A stretch of 64,000 nucleotides of DNA, taken from contig NC_134025.1 in NCBI RefSeq assembly GCF_964204645.1, positions 4,588,001-4,652,000 on the forward strand, in the 5' to 3' direction. Positions 1-17,800 of this stretch are shown in pieces. The DNA comes from Tubulanus polymorphus (Eukaryota; Animalia; Nemertea). The translations under genes and the position numbers were made by a program. The notes below the pieces were generated by a model. It saw nothing but the letters and a program-made list of their open reading frames with translations. It was not told the origin of the DNA and ran no database searches. How positions within the stretch are numbered: position 1 is the stretch's first letter; every line of letters starts with the position of its first letter.

Positions 1-49
1 ATCAGAAATCTGACGCGGTACGTGATGAGAAAAGTAAGAATTTCGTTAC

Positions 50-2017
50 CTGACGCTGTTGTGAATTCGTACGAATGATTTGGAGCGTCTGTACCAATAC
101 TAAAACAGGGATGTATAGACGGAACCAGCTGACTAATGTTACCCATGTCCGATGAACCCAGAGTAACATCTTTATCATAAAACTCTACACCGTTTTGACG
201 GCCGTTTTCTTCGTACAGTTTACATAGCGTGTGGTTATGTATCATAGCATCGTAGGCACTATCGTGTTCAAAACTAATCTCAACCTGTTCAGTAGAAAAT
301 CGAATAAAATATCCAGAGGCACAGATAAGAAATAATCGAATGATACATGTTTTGATACAATAACCACCAGTCAACGTAAAATAATATCACTGTGTACATC
401 GATTCATTCGATCATGTGTTAATAATAATGTAAACAAATTCAAGAAAAGATTTTTTTTCAATTTTCCCTATCGAAATTGAACTCTGTTATTGATCGTTAC
501 AAATTAGTTTCCATATTTTCAAATATTCGTGACAACTGTTATAACCATTATACCTGGCATTCTGTCGCCAAAGCAGCACCTGTCATTCGGAGTTTAGCTT
601 TGTCGATTAACTCACGAAGGTAACTCGTATCGGTTGTTCGATAAGCAACTTCAAGTATCGCCTCATCAGGAATCACATTCACTCGACTTCCACCCTTCGA
701 TATTATTGCTAGAAGAAAGTAAAGTCTTGATTTATCTATAGTAACGATTGTCAATTAATCAAACGTGGCGATGTGTTTGAATTTTTACCATGTGCGAAAC
801 TGCCAGGTTTCATGTGTTGTCTCAAACACGCCAGACTCTGATAGGCAGTAACTGCAGCATCCAGGGCGTTCTGTCCATCCCATGGAGCTCCAGCTGCGTG
901 GCTACTCTTACCCCTAAATATAGCTTTTCCTCTACAATGAAAACGACAAATTAGTCTGAAAAAAATAGTCTGAAAAAAATGATATAAGAATCCTAGCCAG
1001 GAGAATACCGATACGTCAAATTTACTTCTCATTTCGTCAACCAGTTTCAATCTAATTTATTTCAGTTTCAAATACCAAACAGATAAATAGAGAAATACGC
1101 ACACAATTCTACTGATCACCCCCGGCGTAACTGTCTCATGAGCGAACGGATGAGCCATTATAGCTATATCTACACCATCCAGGGCACCACCGCGTATCAT
1201 GTGAATTTTACCGCCATATGATTCCTCGGCTGGTGTACCCAGTACTATCACCTATACGATTAAACGTAATGAATATCAACATATTAACATATGAGAATAT
1301 TCAAAATAATCATAATAATGATGATAACACATGTACGTATGTGTATTTATATTCATATAAGTATATGAATAAAGAATTTGATTTGAATATTTTCCATTCG
1401 TGTTTGTATCGTACATTTTTATATCAGCTTTGTATATTATTCCGTATGATCACCTTATCAACAGACTTATCTTTAGAAACTCCTTAACCTCAACTCTAGG
1501 CCAGCACTACAATTAATACATTTCTGTCCTCGAAATTAATACCACTATAGCCTCTAGCATATATTCCAATCATTCCAACCGTATTTTCAATTAAAACCTA
1601 ATATATTCTCTTAATGGACCTACTTACTTTTCCTTTGAAATCAGGATCATTTTTTAGTTCTTTTTCAATACACGTTTTAACAGCTACGGCTGCACCAGCA
1701 CCACATTCTGCGATCAAATTGTGGCCACAAGCGTGCCCTATCTCCGGTAATGCATCGTACTCGCAAATAAGACAAACCACCACTCCACCATCAACACCGT
1801 AACTACATCTGAACCCTGTTTCTAAGATGTAGTGCTGCTCAACTTCGAACCCGTGTCTTCTCAAAAACTCTGTTAATATTCGATGTGCTTCGAACTCATT
1901 GAATCCTAGTTCAGGATTTTTCCAAATCTTCTGACTTAATTCCCCCAATTCCTGTTCATTTTGTTGAATACTGTAAGAGACGACAGCTTTCAGTACGTTT
2001 ATATCTGTACACGACAT
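50..2017 (-). CDS. PM20D2: Peptidase M20 domain-containing protein 2-like (Xaa-Arg dipeptidase/amidohydrolase); 3' end lies outside the window
   Basis: Exons 1628-2017, 1103-1251, 789-931, 554-708, 50-284 join in frame through GT-AG introns. Motifs NPELGFNEFEAH, CEYDALPEIGHACGHN, GTPAEESYGGK, SHAAGAPWDGQNALDA, NVIP, GSSDMGNISQLVPSIHP. Confidence 0.9.
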
Positions 2018-2177
2018 AATGGCTGTGTGTGCGTGAATGCCAACTGTACAGAGTACGTTTATCAGGGTACGGCAGTGTAGTCGACATTATTATGGAACTT
2101 GTCACTCGCCGGGACTTTTGAAATACCAATTATTCATTGACATTGTACATTGCTGAGTATTATCAAAGCTAAACCAG

Positions 2178-2306
2178 GGCCCAGTTTCACAAAAAAGTGA
2201 AACTCAAATTTTTGGTGTAATTGCCATTGGTTACTTCATTTCTTCAATGAGGACAACAATTCAAACTTAACCGTTTAAGCCTTAAACTTGTTCGTGAAAC
2301 TGCACC
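2178..2306. mobile_element. MITE, PIF/Harbinger-like
   Basis: Terminal inverted repeats GGCCCAGTTTCAC ... GTGAAACTGCACC, with CAG on both flanks (putative 3-bp target-site duplication). Confidence 0.6.
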
Positions 2307-2604
2307 CAGGACTCCATACGTACAACGAATTTTAAACAAGCCAAATAGAAAATTGAAGGTTATCAATTTTTGTGATTCAGTCATATCAGCTTAGAACTGA
2401 CAGGTACATTTTTTTATGAATTGCGGGGTAAACTTATTTCAATTGATTGCCATCCGTTATTCTTTTATCGCTGACATTCATCTGACTAGAATAGATTAAT
2501 TAATCAAACAAATTCATGCGATATCTAGTTGGGTGGATTTGTTTGTGCTTCCTAGGATTCTAGCACAATCGCCGATTCAATTTGTTGGCGACAGAGTATT
2601 AAGC

Positions 2605-4699
<2,095 letters not shown>

Positions 4700-7675
4700 A
4701 TAGAACTGGTTACAATGCGTGTCATTAATCGTTTACTGCATGTTCGCTCCGTTCTGTTTCAGTTTAGTCAGATCACTGTCGTCGGATATTCACAGAAAAT
4801 AAAAACCAATTCTTATCATATTAATTACGTTTTCGGTGTTTGGTTTTTAGTCAGTTCGCTTTCTTCTCTTGTGCAAAAAGGGTAGGCCTACGTTTAAACA
4901 TCGGGTCTCATCTTTTTTATCCGGTCCTGGTTGCGCCAAATATTTTACGATTGCACTTTAAAGTGACTCAGATTTCGAATAACGGGTGATTGAGCCACCT
5001 GATGTGTCGCCATGAGCTATCCCATGTCCATGTCCCATATGATTGAGTTGTTTTGTCCACAGCGAAAATACTTTAAAATCCGCGGTGTCGCAAAAATGCC
5101 CTTCCCTTTGCTCTTTGAGATTAACGATGTCGTCCTCTCTCGTTTCAAATGTTGAGACATTAAGAACAATAAATCTTCTTTGCAATAATTGAGAATAATT
5201 GAATTCATTAGTTTCTGAGAGAACCCTGCATGCAAACTCTCGAGTGATTCGAACTGGTCGATCATGCCCGTCGCGTCTCTGGTTCACAGTACTTGTTCCG
5301 ATAACCAACAACCGCAAATTATACTTACCCGGTATAATGGCTATCAGAAGGTGGAGCTGCCTGCGATTGCGGGAGTTTTTAATTGTCTCATACTCATTAG
5401 AAATAGAATAGAACAGTACTATAGTCACTTGCTGCTTAATGTCAAACGCATACAGGAATACGTGCAGTACAAACAGGTTTGAAAGCGTGTAAGTAAACAA
5501 ACCATCGATAACGTCAACAATTACTAATTAACTTGTACGCATAAACTATTTTAGCCTGCGTTTAGTGAGTAGTGGGGCCTGAAAATGAAGTCGAACGGGT
5601 GAGCAGCATTAGATAATAATTATTGTAAATAGTGACACTATCAATCAATGTTACTGATTCAAGGTGGATCAGATCTAGTGACAGTTGATATGCCATTTTA
5701 AAATGTATTCGAGTTAGAGAAATAAAATTCTGTGTGGGACATCAAGAATTGCCAGGCCTACTGTTCATGCTGTTTATATCATGTGGTGAATAAAATAAAG
5801 TTCAAGTTCAAGTGTGACGAGTGATAAGTTTCCAAGGCTATAGCCATAGGGGTTGATTTAGAGGAGGGCATGTAGTGGGTTGAAAAAACAATTTGTATTT
5901 TCGAAAAAAACCATTTTGAATACTGGTATGAAATCACATTTAAAAGAGAATAGATATTCCAAAATATTCTTGCATGGGAGGGTCCACACGCCAGAGTAGA
6001 TTGATGGATGGGACTCTGATAGTAGATGATATACACACATGATCATAATCTACAAAGTAGAGAGTGTAAAAACAACTCAGTGCTTCACTAGATATACGTA
6101 GTAATGATAGCTTCAACTATGCATTGTGCAACTCTGCAATAAAGGTTTTTCTCTGCTAGGAAGCTATGATGCTGGATATATAGAGCACAACTGATACTAC
6201 TGTGGCCCCTTGATTCGCGATGAAAAATATTTTGAAAAAATTGACAAGTTGTAACATATTTCCTTCTCCTGGGGAGCTGATGTACATAACATGCCCTCAT
6301 TAAATGATTTTTTCTATGACTGTGCTGTGTATGAAATACAATCTGCTATGTGATGATCTGTAATTTCAGCCTTGAGGTAGGGTGAATTGTTGAATTGATT
6401 CATGTATCATTTTCAAACGTTTTTATTTCACAATAGATGTATGCTATGCTAAAACACTGTTTGGATATGGAACATTTTTACAGCCTTGAACGCTTAGTAC
6501 ACATTGACCACATTTTTGCTTTGAACTAAACCTTCACGAAACATTGATAATAATATTCATATAAAGTTGAAGCCAATAAAGCCAGTAAGGTTACATTCAG
6601 GCCACTTTGAAGGTTCCAAAGCTGTAATGCTATATCTTCGTATGTTAAGTCTTCAACTAGCATTTGACGGTAAAGGGTCAAATAAAAGAATGTCAGAAGT
6701 TTTGGTTGAGTTATGTTAAATCATTTTATGATTATGATAGGTCAGATATGAAGACAAGCAATTATGGCTTTGTCCTATGTAGGTGGCATTAGCCAAAACA
6801 GTATGGGGGTTTCTTTGAGCGTCGAGTAAATCTATTGAATATGGACGCGGTTGGTGTATCATCTATGCAGTTATGGATTAGTAGAATTCTTTGGCTAAGC
6901 ATTCGTTAAGAATTGTGTCGTTTAATATGCCTGCGTTAATTTTTCTCAATGTCTGTATTGGTCCATAAGAAGGCTAGATCGTTGTGACTTGCTCGTCGTT
7001 CTTTTGATTTGACCTAAAACGCGTTAAAAAGTGATTTAAACGGAAATTGGAACAGTGTTATACTCTTCAATATGTGTAAGTTATTCATTGTTTCGCTTGA
7101 ATTCTGACCTGATATTATATATTAGATATTTCAATTGGATTAAGTTCTAACTTGATGTAATGAATTTTTGATTTCCTGTGGTTGTGGTGATTACTGGTAG
7201 GTTGTAATTTTGTCTTATCTTTTATATTCGAATATGAATATAAGACTAATTTTTATATAGCAGTTGATTGAAGTGCTAGGTTCATTCTTAAATTCTTATC
7301 AAATACTTAGTTTTCTTATCATGACACATATTCAAAAAATTCTGCCTAAGTGTGTAATATATTAAAAGTCAATATTTGTCAAGACGCGCGTATCGTACAG
7401 CTAATCTTTGATTTGTAAAAATCAATGCGAATTTAGTCAATACTTCACGAGACTTTTTACCTATATTTCATGCAAAATCACTTAGGAATTTCTAAAGTAT
7501 ATAGAGCTTGTTTAATCACTGTTCTCATATTTTCATAGATAAATTAATGGTCAAGTTAGATATCCGCATTAGGAGAAGCAGGAGTCTAATGTGACCTATC
7601 ATTGAAAATGTTATCTCAAATACATAATTGCCAATGTAGCAACCATGCGCGCGGCATTAAATGGTTTAGGCACAG

Positions 7676-7825
7676 TTATATAAACGAGCGTGAGCCACTG
7701 TATAGATCACTAACACACTAACTGTTAGCCACCGCAGAGACAACAGTGCCGCTAATTTCGCTCCCGGAATATATGACCCATTCAAGGATTTAGCGCTTGA
7801 AATCGTTATCATTTTGTGGGTAAGA
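7676..7825 (+). promoter_or_regulatory. Putative TATA box and non-coding first exon of the MyRIP-like gene
   Basis: TTATATAAA at ~7676, donor G|GTAAG at ~7820, acceptor TTTTGTAG at ~8853 just upstream of the ATG at 8889. Confidence 0.4.
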
Positions 7826-8888
7826 TACCAACCTGGCACCGTTGACTGAATTCTCAGTTCAGTTTTATTGCAGTTCTAGATTCGAATTAAAAGATTCTCA
7901 AACAATCGCGACATATTTTCATCATGTCGTAAAAAGGAAGTTTCATCTTATTTCACTCTTTTGGACTTTTTTATCTCCGAATTTACTCAACTACATGTAT
8001 ATGTTTTAGAACTCAATAACCACTATGGGACATGAATGATAATTTTGAAAAACGGGAAGATTATTTAAGATTAAGATAAAAGAATTAGAAAACACAGCGT
8101 CTATATTTCGGTTATATTTATGTTTGATGTGTGTATTTTATGAGTGTCGCTTCCAAGACTGGAATTTCTTGACGGAAGAATTTTCTTCAGTCTCGTGATA
8201 TTAATGGGTCATAGGTAAATAATGACATTTCAATCTAGTTTAGTGTCATGGTTTTGATTTTTCCGAGTAAGCTTTATTGTAACAATTCCTTAGAGCATTA
8301 TCAAGGCTATGTTCAATGACTGAGCTAGATATGTTTTACGATCTCGCACAATAAGCGATTTACTTTGACCTCAGCGCAAAACCTTCAAAAGACTTACACA
8401 ATCAAAGTGTACTGGTGTAAACTTTTTAGATCATCCCCTGTTTGCTGAATCAGTTTATGTGATTATTCGATGACAATTTTCATTATGAAATCAGCCGGGA
8501 GGAAAATTTTATAATTATCTTAATTCCTGATACATCGAAATGAGTTGAAACTTTTGAATTTGCATTAAAAATTTTACTTCCAAAGTTTTCATTTAGAACA
8601 ACTTAAGACTTTCCACGTAGATCAAATACATCCTTGATGATTACAATAAATCTTCTGGATAGTGGTATTTACCTACGGTATATGATTTTGTAATGGAAAA
8701 GAGTTGATAATTTTACTATCAGAATATTAGTTTTGTCAAAGATTTACAGCGATGAGTCTTTTTAAGGTGTATTTGGCTGTTGCAAACATGGTGTAAAACA
8801 CCTCGGAATAAACATATGCGGAATATCTGCAATGATGTGTTTGTATTTTGTAGATCACTCGAATAAAGCAAACTCAGACGTCGGAACG

Positions 8889-11800
8889 ATGGGAAGAAAA
8901 TTAGATTTGTCGCATCTCTCAGAAGAAGAATGTGAAAGCATTCTGCAAGTTATACAAAGAGATTTTGCTCTTAGAGAGAAAGAAAAGGAGCGCATTCAGT
9001 AAGTTCTATTGATTCTACATAAACCCGAAAATACCATTTAGTGTAGAACATTTTCAATCCATTTAGAACATTTGCAATCTGGCTTTTTGGATCAAAAAAT
9101 CTTTTTAGTTATGATAATATAGATTTTATGACTTGAATTGAGTTATATCTGTATTTAGTTCGACACCCGTGGCAGGATCAGTTAAGGGCTATATTGTCCA
9201 AGGCCATTTTAACATAACAAGATTGATTTTCTTAAGAAACTAGCCAATCCTATTTGATGTTGCCGGAATACATGTTAGATTCATTTGGAAACAATAGAGA
9301 TTTCTGTTTACGTTCTTCATTATATTTGCTTATGCCAATGTCATTATTATTATATTAACTACTCTGTTGAATTGGAAGAAGATATGAAATTTTGATTGTG
9401 TAAGTTGTACAATTAATGTAGTATCTGGCATTTCTCTTGAGAAAGTTATAGGTTTCCGATGAAGAAATGCTTTCTGATATCACCCATATCACCAAACTTT
9501 CATACTATATGTTTATGAAATTTCCGATACCATTGCGTCTAATGAAATCAGTTTTGTTAACCTTTTTATGATCTGGGTTTCTATTTTTACATTCAAGTAA
9601 ACATCAATAGTATTAGGGCTATTGAGAATTTAAGAGCGTTGTTAATTTAAGATAAATATGCAGTATCAAATAATGAACATACGATATAGCAAGTAAGTTT
9701 ATACATTGACTACAAAGGAAAATATTGTTACCAGCAAAGCAATGAAACGTAGTAATTGAGCAATATTTAATCAATGGGTTACACGTTTATAAGTAAATTG
9801 ATTTGAAATTCAAATCGAATTTTCCTTCTGGAGTTCATTACTTAATTTTGTGTAATGAGTAAAATGATGCTGTTACGGACATGTAACGGTAATAACACAT
9901 TTTGAAGCTTAATTCAGACATTTTTTCATTATTATTCATGTCACACCGTAGGATGATATCAAAATGAACATCTTTTACTCGGAGTTCAGTCAACAGTTGA
10001 TTTACTCTTGTCTTGTGTTACCATGGTTTCCCAGGTTTGGAAACAAGGTTCGAGTTTGCCACTCACTTGTCAAATCGAACGCGAACCAAATAACGCAAGC
10101 GTAGGAACAGAACGGAAGTTCAATTAAGATTTTTATTGCTTGAAGGATGTAGTTTATTGCGAAGATGACTCGATTTTATTAGGATATCAGTTCGTTTGCT
10201 TTAGTTGGTATGGAAATGATATATTCATCTTTTCGTTGTTTTTGATTGCATTTTATGACTACTTGATTTTAATGTTTCACTGTGTCAAATGCTTTTAAAA
10301 ACAAATTAGATTTTCCTATTAAAATCAGTATAGTCGAGAATACCAGCCAACCTCAGTGATGACTATAATTTTCACTGATATCAGGAAAATGTTTAGTCAT
10401 TTCAGACTTCGGGAAATGTTTCTCTCATTACGTATATTCGCGATCTGAAATTTCACGTCCCTGATTCTCGGCTAATTAGTCTCGACGAATCCATCCGATA
10501 GAACTGACGATACCCTATAGCTCCGTGGCAATGAATTCTATCCGGAACATTTTCAACGTTCAAACTGATACATATCCGTTCTGTAGAATAATTACGCATT
10601 AACTATTGGAGTGAGTCTCCGGGGATGAAACCACAAATGTCATATTGCGCCATTGGCCTCGGTGAGCCTTGTTTCTCCCGTCAGATTATCGGATCACGTT
10701 GTCTTGTAGAGCTTTTCGTGGAAATTATATATTTATGTTAAACTGAAATCTGAACGAAATCTTTCAATGTCATCGGCAAAATGTGATCCACATTCCATGT
10801 TCCTCCCCATTGAAGAATATTTCAACACATATCATGGACACGTAATGATTTAGTTTCAAAGCCCATGCCCAAGATTAAGGGACATGTTTTCCCTTAGATT
10901 ATGCAGGTATGGCTTACACCTAAACGAAGGGGATAGGTATGTCGTTAACAGCAATTCGCTAACTTATATTCTTGAAGCAAATTCTATGATACGGTTGATG
11001 ATATCTTGTGTTTGTAGTAATGGACATTTAACCCTTTTAGTCATCTCTTCTACCAACTGAATTGGAAGCTTTCGATTCAACTAGTGGATGGTCTTCTGAT
11101 ATAGCTGGATATTAGTCTAAAAACTATTGTCTTTTATTATTTTTGAATGATCTGTTGAAATTTATGGGTTCAGGTATTAACATATAATTGTATCAGCGAT
11201 TTATCCAGTCCATTTGATAATTGATCCAACTCTGTTTCATAATTCTATTAACTCCACCGAAAATAAAAAATCGGGTAATCAAATCATATTCGCCACTGGA
11301 ACCACTGATACATGTATGTATGTACCATCTTGCACAAAATATATACCGGGTATTGTGTATGTATACAAATAATTGATATACCACGGGAAACAATTTCATC
11401 AACTGAACTAAACGGTAATGAATGGGATAATTGGAATGTTTGATATTTGTGTGTTAAGTCTGAGGCGCTTTGTTTTTTTAATGTCCTTGCATTTTTGTAC
11501 ACAAATGCTAAAAACATAGAACATGTAGAAAACAAAGACCTGCACCACTATGCTGGGACACTTAGTTTTTGTATTGTCATAACATGAAATTTTGTTTACC
11601 GAGTACTACCAAAGAATACCGGTAAGTTTTTAACATTTTAGGAAAATGTTTTTAACTCTAAAATCGATTTGATTTCTTCATCAAGTTCAGTTTCCTTATT
11701 CAGTTTACTCATAGCCGTGAACAGATCTGAGGAACTGAACGTTGATTTACATAGAATGAATATCGTGCAGTCCTTTTTGTTTGGTCATAGCGTTGCATTC

Positions 11801-14800
11801 TTTAATGATAAATCGATTTACCATGGAAACGGTCATTGATGGTCATATCGCTGACCGAATGATTGGACTGATTCATCGTATAGCGATGTACACGTTTCAG
11901 CACTCTCGGGAAACTCCTGTAAAATGAGTACCGGTTTACTTAGCGCGATTACCGCTACCGTAAAATCAGTCGACGACGCATTTAACGTGGAGTGGTCTTT
12001 GTCATTATCGCTCTCGTATAAATTTACGGGACTAGGTGATAAACTGTCTGCTATATGTCGCGAAGCTCACACTATTTTTTATCGGAGCAACTATAATTAC
12101 AGCCCTAATGCTTACATTACATCATCGGTGAGGTGATCTATATCAGGAAATATGCCGACTACTTTCTGTCTGGAAGTCTAAACATTTATCAACCTTAAAT
12201 GTATGAGCTCCTCTTAGGTTTGCTGCATTTTTACCCAATCCATTGGAAATGAATATTCAATAATCATACGTCATCTCAATTGTCGTTTCAGAAAATCCCA
12301 AACCGAGCTCATTACGGAAAATGAAAAACGAAAACTTTTGAGCGCCAGTAGCAAATTCAACGAGAACTGTTGCATCCGATGTTGCGCAACGTTCGGATTA
12401 TTTTTCAACCGAAAGCGAGTTTGCCACGGCTGTCGATTCAATGTGTGTAGTAATTGCTCTGAACCAGATAAACACGACAAATTGTTCATTTGTACTATTT
12501 GTGTCAAGCAGAGGTAAGTATATAATTGCCGTCCCTATGTTGTTTTGCTGCTGTATATTGCGTACAGTAATGTGATAATCCACGGTGCTAATTTTCGGGG
12601 GCTTGCGTCCATATATATTAGTCGAAACGGCTTAAAATTGGGTTCACGACATCTGATTTCCTTCAATGTGGAGACATGTCGTTTGTTTGTTTCCAACTGT
12701 GTAAGTATTCATTCATTCATTCATTCATTCATTCATTCATTCATATCAAGCAACTCCATACAACTCCATGAAACTTCATGAATTTTGATGGCTCACTGCC
12801 CAGAAATGTTTGTACCTGTGTTTTGGCAATAACCGTTTTTACCCATTTCATATCACTTAATAGGTAACAAATCCCCGATGTTTTATCAAAAGTTTCTGTC
12901 TCCGAGACGATCTAGGGACATAAATCATAGAGGGGTTACTCTTGATTTTATAGAAAATTGAAACAGGTTTTACTGCTGTTATTTCTTGATCTTAGCCCCT
13001 TGAGAATATGTATCGAATGTTCGAGTTTTAAGATATGGCTGAATATTGCTAATCAATGTGTGCAATGTATTTATATCTATAAAGATTTTAGCCAGTTTTC
13101 CTCACGATCTGTAATTTTCCAATAACAGGTCGGCCCAATAAATTGATTAGGCTACTTTTACATTTCATATAAGATGATGTGTAGTCTTTGCTGGGTATGT
13201 TTCCATGTTATAACTACCGGTAGATGTATTTCTTCAGGGCAGATGATAAATCTTGTTTGTCAGTGAACGGACATCTTAGGTTTGCCAGTTAATAATAATT
13301 CCATCCATACCACCTAGCCAGCCCCAAGGCAGTTAGTGGTATCGTACATTCTGCTGGATTTCCTGTAAATCATAAACCAAATGGCAATTTAATCACTCAC
13401 GACATGGATCGATATGTCTTCAACACTTTTCAAACGCCTTTATTTGCGGCTACTGTACATAAATAAACTGCCTATTTTTTCATAGCAAAATATTGTTCTA
13501 TAAAGTCTTTGTTGAGGTTTTGTTTTTATTATTGTATTCTATTCACTATGATTATCATTGCATGATGAATTATTTGTTGTTCTTTTACAGAGATTTACTC
13601 ACACAATCCTGTGATTGGTTTTATACTGATGTCAATAAACGCTTTAAAAGATTCGGCAGCGCTAAAGTTGTGCGGTCTCTTCATAAACGCGAATGTAAGT
13701 TCGCTAAGTGTAATGAAATCTTTTAATTCCTGCAGCTGAATTTATGAGTACTTACAAGAACATGTATTCATCTTGTATTCAATTGTTTCTATTTTACAGC
13801 TGATTCGGCGAGTGATTGCGGTGGATACAAACACACTTATTCAGACCGACCACGGCCGACAGTACAAGGTCTCTTTGAATCAATTCACATGAATACTGCT
13901 GTTGCTTTAGATGGTAATGGTAAAGATCCCTTCGCTGCATGCTTATCATTAACACCAGCTCATATTATACTACCGGAAACGGAACGGTTGATTCACTTTA
14001 AGTCATGAAATATCTTTTCTTTTTGTCAGTTCCATTCATCCTCTGTAAATCAGAGTACCGTACCGGGTATTGAATATGAGGTGGCTTCAGATAGAATACT
14101 GGTTTCATTTATCTGACTTTTCATTGAAACATAATTTCAAACGAAAAATGCGACATTCATTTGATTGAAACCGGTATCAATCAATTCAACTGCTTTTTAA
14201 TGTTTTTAATGTTTGTCAGTTTGATTGTAGTAAATCATAGTCAATGACAAAAATCATGGTTTCAGAGGCACGTATTTTTATCCGCTGTTAAATCAGAATA
14301 TTTCTTTCTTCGGGTATTGGTGACGGAAATCATTCTGGAAACTTCGTAAATTTTCGCTGACAGTGATGGCATCTGATTTCGGTCGGCGATTGATTTATTC
14401 CACGCAATTTTCTCCCTCACATGATTTTTTTATAAGCTATCTATACTGGTGGAGGGAAAATTTTCATCGCAACACCTGAAGCCGAGTCTAGAACTTCAAT
14501 TCAGCATTTGAAAGCGAATACCTTCCAATTCATTAGTAATTCTGTCAACTTTCTCTCCTGAAATAAATCTCTGCGATTTCAGTTTCATCTACGGTTGATT
14601 AGAAATAGGAAAAGGTGTTTCACATCGAAAGGAAATGCAGTGTTTTAATCAAATGTTGATGTTAGTTTTGTCTGATTTCGCAAAATCCATCATTGTTTCT
14701 CTGCTCATATTCTCATTATGATTAGGCATGTGTTGTGATGATAAATTGGTGTTATTTTAATCCGTATGGTGCTATGGTAAAATTGTTGAATGTTAAATGA

Positions 14801-17800
14801 TAAATGAGTGTTCACATTGGATTCTACCGTAGTCATCTTCACACTATACATTATTTAGAAATTGATCTTAATTTAGTCTTTTCCAATTTAAAACGGACTA
14901 AGCGTTCATACTAGTAAAAAGTCTGTTTTGAATTGGTCTGTTTGATATTCGAAACGACTGACCAAAGAGACCGATCCAGGTGCTTTCTAAGTGTTGCCTC
15001 TGATTGGACCAGTGATAACAGCAGATTACGAACATGCGTGAATGCACAGGTCGGGTTTGGTCCATTTTAAATTAATCCATTTCAGAAGAAACTAGCGATA
15101 GTGAGAATGTAGCTTATGAAGGCATTTAGATTCCACTACATGGATTCCTCATAGTTCCCCGAGTCTTATCTGTGCTACCATGAACGTTCAACAATTCCCA
15201 TAATGGTCATCATTTGAAATTGTCCCGTAGGTTTTGCGCACGATCACTATTTACATTCTTCTCCTCGGAGAAATGTCGACCTAGCTTCAGTAGGATGAAA
15301 AGCACCTTTACAAAGTTAAGATTAATGATATATAGAATTGTGATTTATGAATAACAGGATTAATAATGATCATATTTCTAACTGTGAGAATTGGACACAG
15401 ATAAATTGCCTGTTTTGAATACCGTACTCCTGCTTATAGTGGAATAAATGGGCATTACCGTATCCTTGTGGGAGTAGTATTCTCTACCAAAAATAAGGTA
15501 TGCGTAGATTGCCCATATGCTTTTTTGAAAAAAAAGTGAGGGGACGGTCCTAGACTAGATTATACATGCATCAATTCTTGTATTGTAGATAGGTCTCTAA
15601 AATGTAACACACCGGTACTGAATGTCAGAATCGAGTTTTTCAGTTTGAATTATAACAACTGTTTCATTAGTCGGATTCATATCTAATCATTATCTGAGGC
15701 CGTGTCTGATAAAACTCCAATTTATCATTTCACTTTGATGCTTCCGATAATTGTCATAACATCACAGAATCAGCGATTTCATTGCAGTCAAACCTTTAGT
15801 TTTAGTCGAGGACTGCTGCGTCCGTTGTATGACTAGAATTGCTAATTTTGTCTGAAACTCACAGCGAAGAGGTACTTATTGTCAGTTCTGCAGCATGTAC
15901 GCGGAAAGTCTATATCATATTTGTTCGTATAAGTATTACCGGAGATGATTATCAAATACCACTGAATTATCCATATTACATCGCTTCAACAAGTCACTAT
16001 TTTCATGGAATAATGTCCTCAAGGATTATTACTTTCCAGTCATCATCTTGCGGTTAATGAAAGATAAACAACTAGAACCACATTTTCTACCACGACGAGA
16101 TGTTATCTTCACTGATTCGATCGGACATCTGAAATGACTTCCAATACAAATTGACAGGGAGGTGTTCGGGGTATCAACCACTCCCTATTCAAGCTACTTT
16201 AAGCCCCACGAACCATGTCAAGTATTCTAGCAGATTAAACCAGCTGGTTATCTTCCCTACAGTATTTTTAGTATAAACTTGTATGATGGCGCTTGTCGCA
16301 ATCATCATTACTTGTTAGTAACGTCATGGTTTATGCATAGACACAATTTTTTCCAATAAATGCAATTGGTATCATGTTTACCCGGTCCAATGTTTATCTA
16401 GGGAGAAACTTTCATCTGATGCATTGTCATTTAAATGGCAATCTACTTGTGGGTTTGATACATACAAATACTGATTATGAGAGAATGTTTGTCAGTAATT
16501 AGCTCTTGATTCCTTTTGCATTCTTTAGCCTAAAGAAGCATAAATGGAATTTTGATGAAAGAGTCCGCACCCCTGGACACATGATGTTGACCTCGGCTTT
16601 TTCTATCAATGTGAAGATAATGCGAAAGACACTTATTTCATATTTAGGTGGAGAAGCATCGATATAATCATAAAATCCAGTCTCGTTCTTGATGGTGGTA
16701 GGATTGCTTTGGTACAATAGATATCTATTTCAGCTTCTCATCAAAAAATGCTTGGTTACTGAAATGCTTTCAATGGATGGAAGTGTTTGCATTCTGTGGT
16801 GTAGAAAATTATTTCTATTTGACAAACCCTCACTATGACAAATACAGTCCTTGTTCATCAGTCATCAGTCAACAATAAATATTATTAGTTTTCCCGACAA
16901 GGTCATGCTTGATTATATAAAATGGAGTTTTCTCATCGATTTTGTGATAAGAGTTTTTGTATGGTACTTTTTTGATCATAGTTATATTATGGTACATGAA
17001 TGAATTATTTTAGTTCGGCAGCACTTTTGGGTTATCATCAATTCGATTCTTTGTTATTTATTGTTTAGACGTTCGTAAATCCGCAGATGAACCGGTAATT
17101 CAAGCGAGCTCCGATGTTGGCGTTAATTCAGAAATCCCTGACGGCGAAAATAAATCGCGTGCTCTCGTCGACTCCAGAATCAGTGCGGAGATATCTTCTT
17201 CGGAACATTCACATTCAGCACCGATCATTAGCCACCCCTCGGGCGCAAATAAAAAGCTAGAAAACGGTGATTACGACTGGCTGCAGTCGGACAACACGAA
17301 AGAATTGTTCGGGCAGGCGCGACTGGAAAAATGGCTTGATTCGACGGAGAATTCAGTCGAGCAGATGATTGCCGAACAACGTGATGCTGCATTGTCATCG
17401 TGTAAGAGAGATAACGATCTTAACGAACCATCTAATTACTAATTAATGGGCTTAATTAACCGCATCTCTTACCTCCTTATCTGACTTCCTTTAACTAACT
17501 CATCTGAGGATTGGATTGAGTTGCCTATGACAAGTTTAATTCCTTCATACCAGATCAGGTTCATAGTTTCTTAGTGACATAAGTTGTATGCTCTTGGCAC
17601 ATGTAGTTGTAGGGATTTGATGAAGTACGAAGCATAAAAGGTTTCTAGCATTTCGTATGAATAAAAGCAGCCAAGTGTCATTGCTGGCCCTAGCTTGAAC
17701 CTTCAGCTATAGAATATGATGCACTCTACAAGTGTAACATCCCGAGTATATTTTAACCATGATGGACACAATCACATTTATTTTAAACTATACTTCAGTA

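Noticed and set aside
4958-5500. Overlapping ORFs of 70-180 aa between astacin and MyRIP
   Set aside because: No recognisable domain, the longest has no ATG start, and I could not build an exon chain. May be a degraded repeat.
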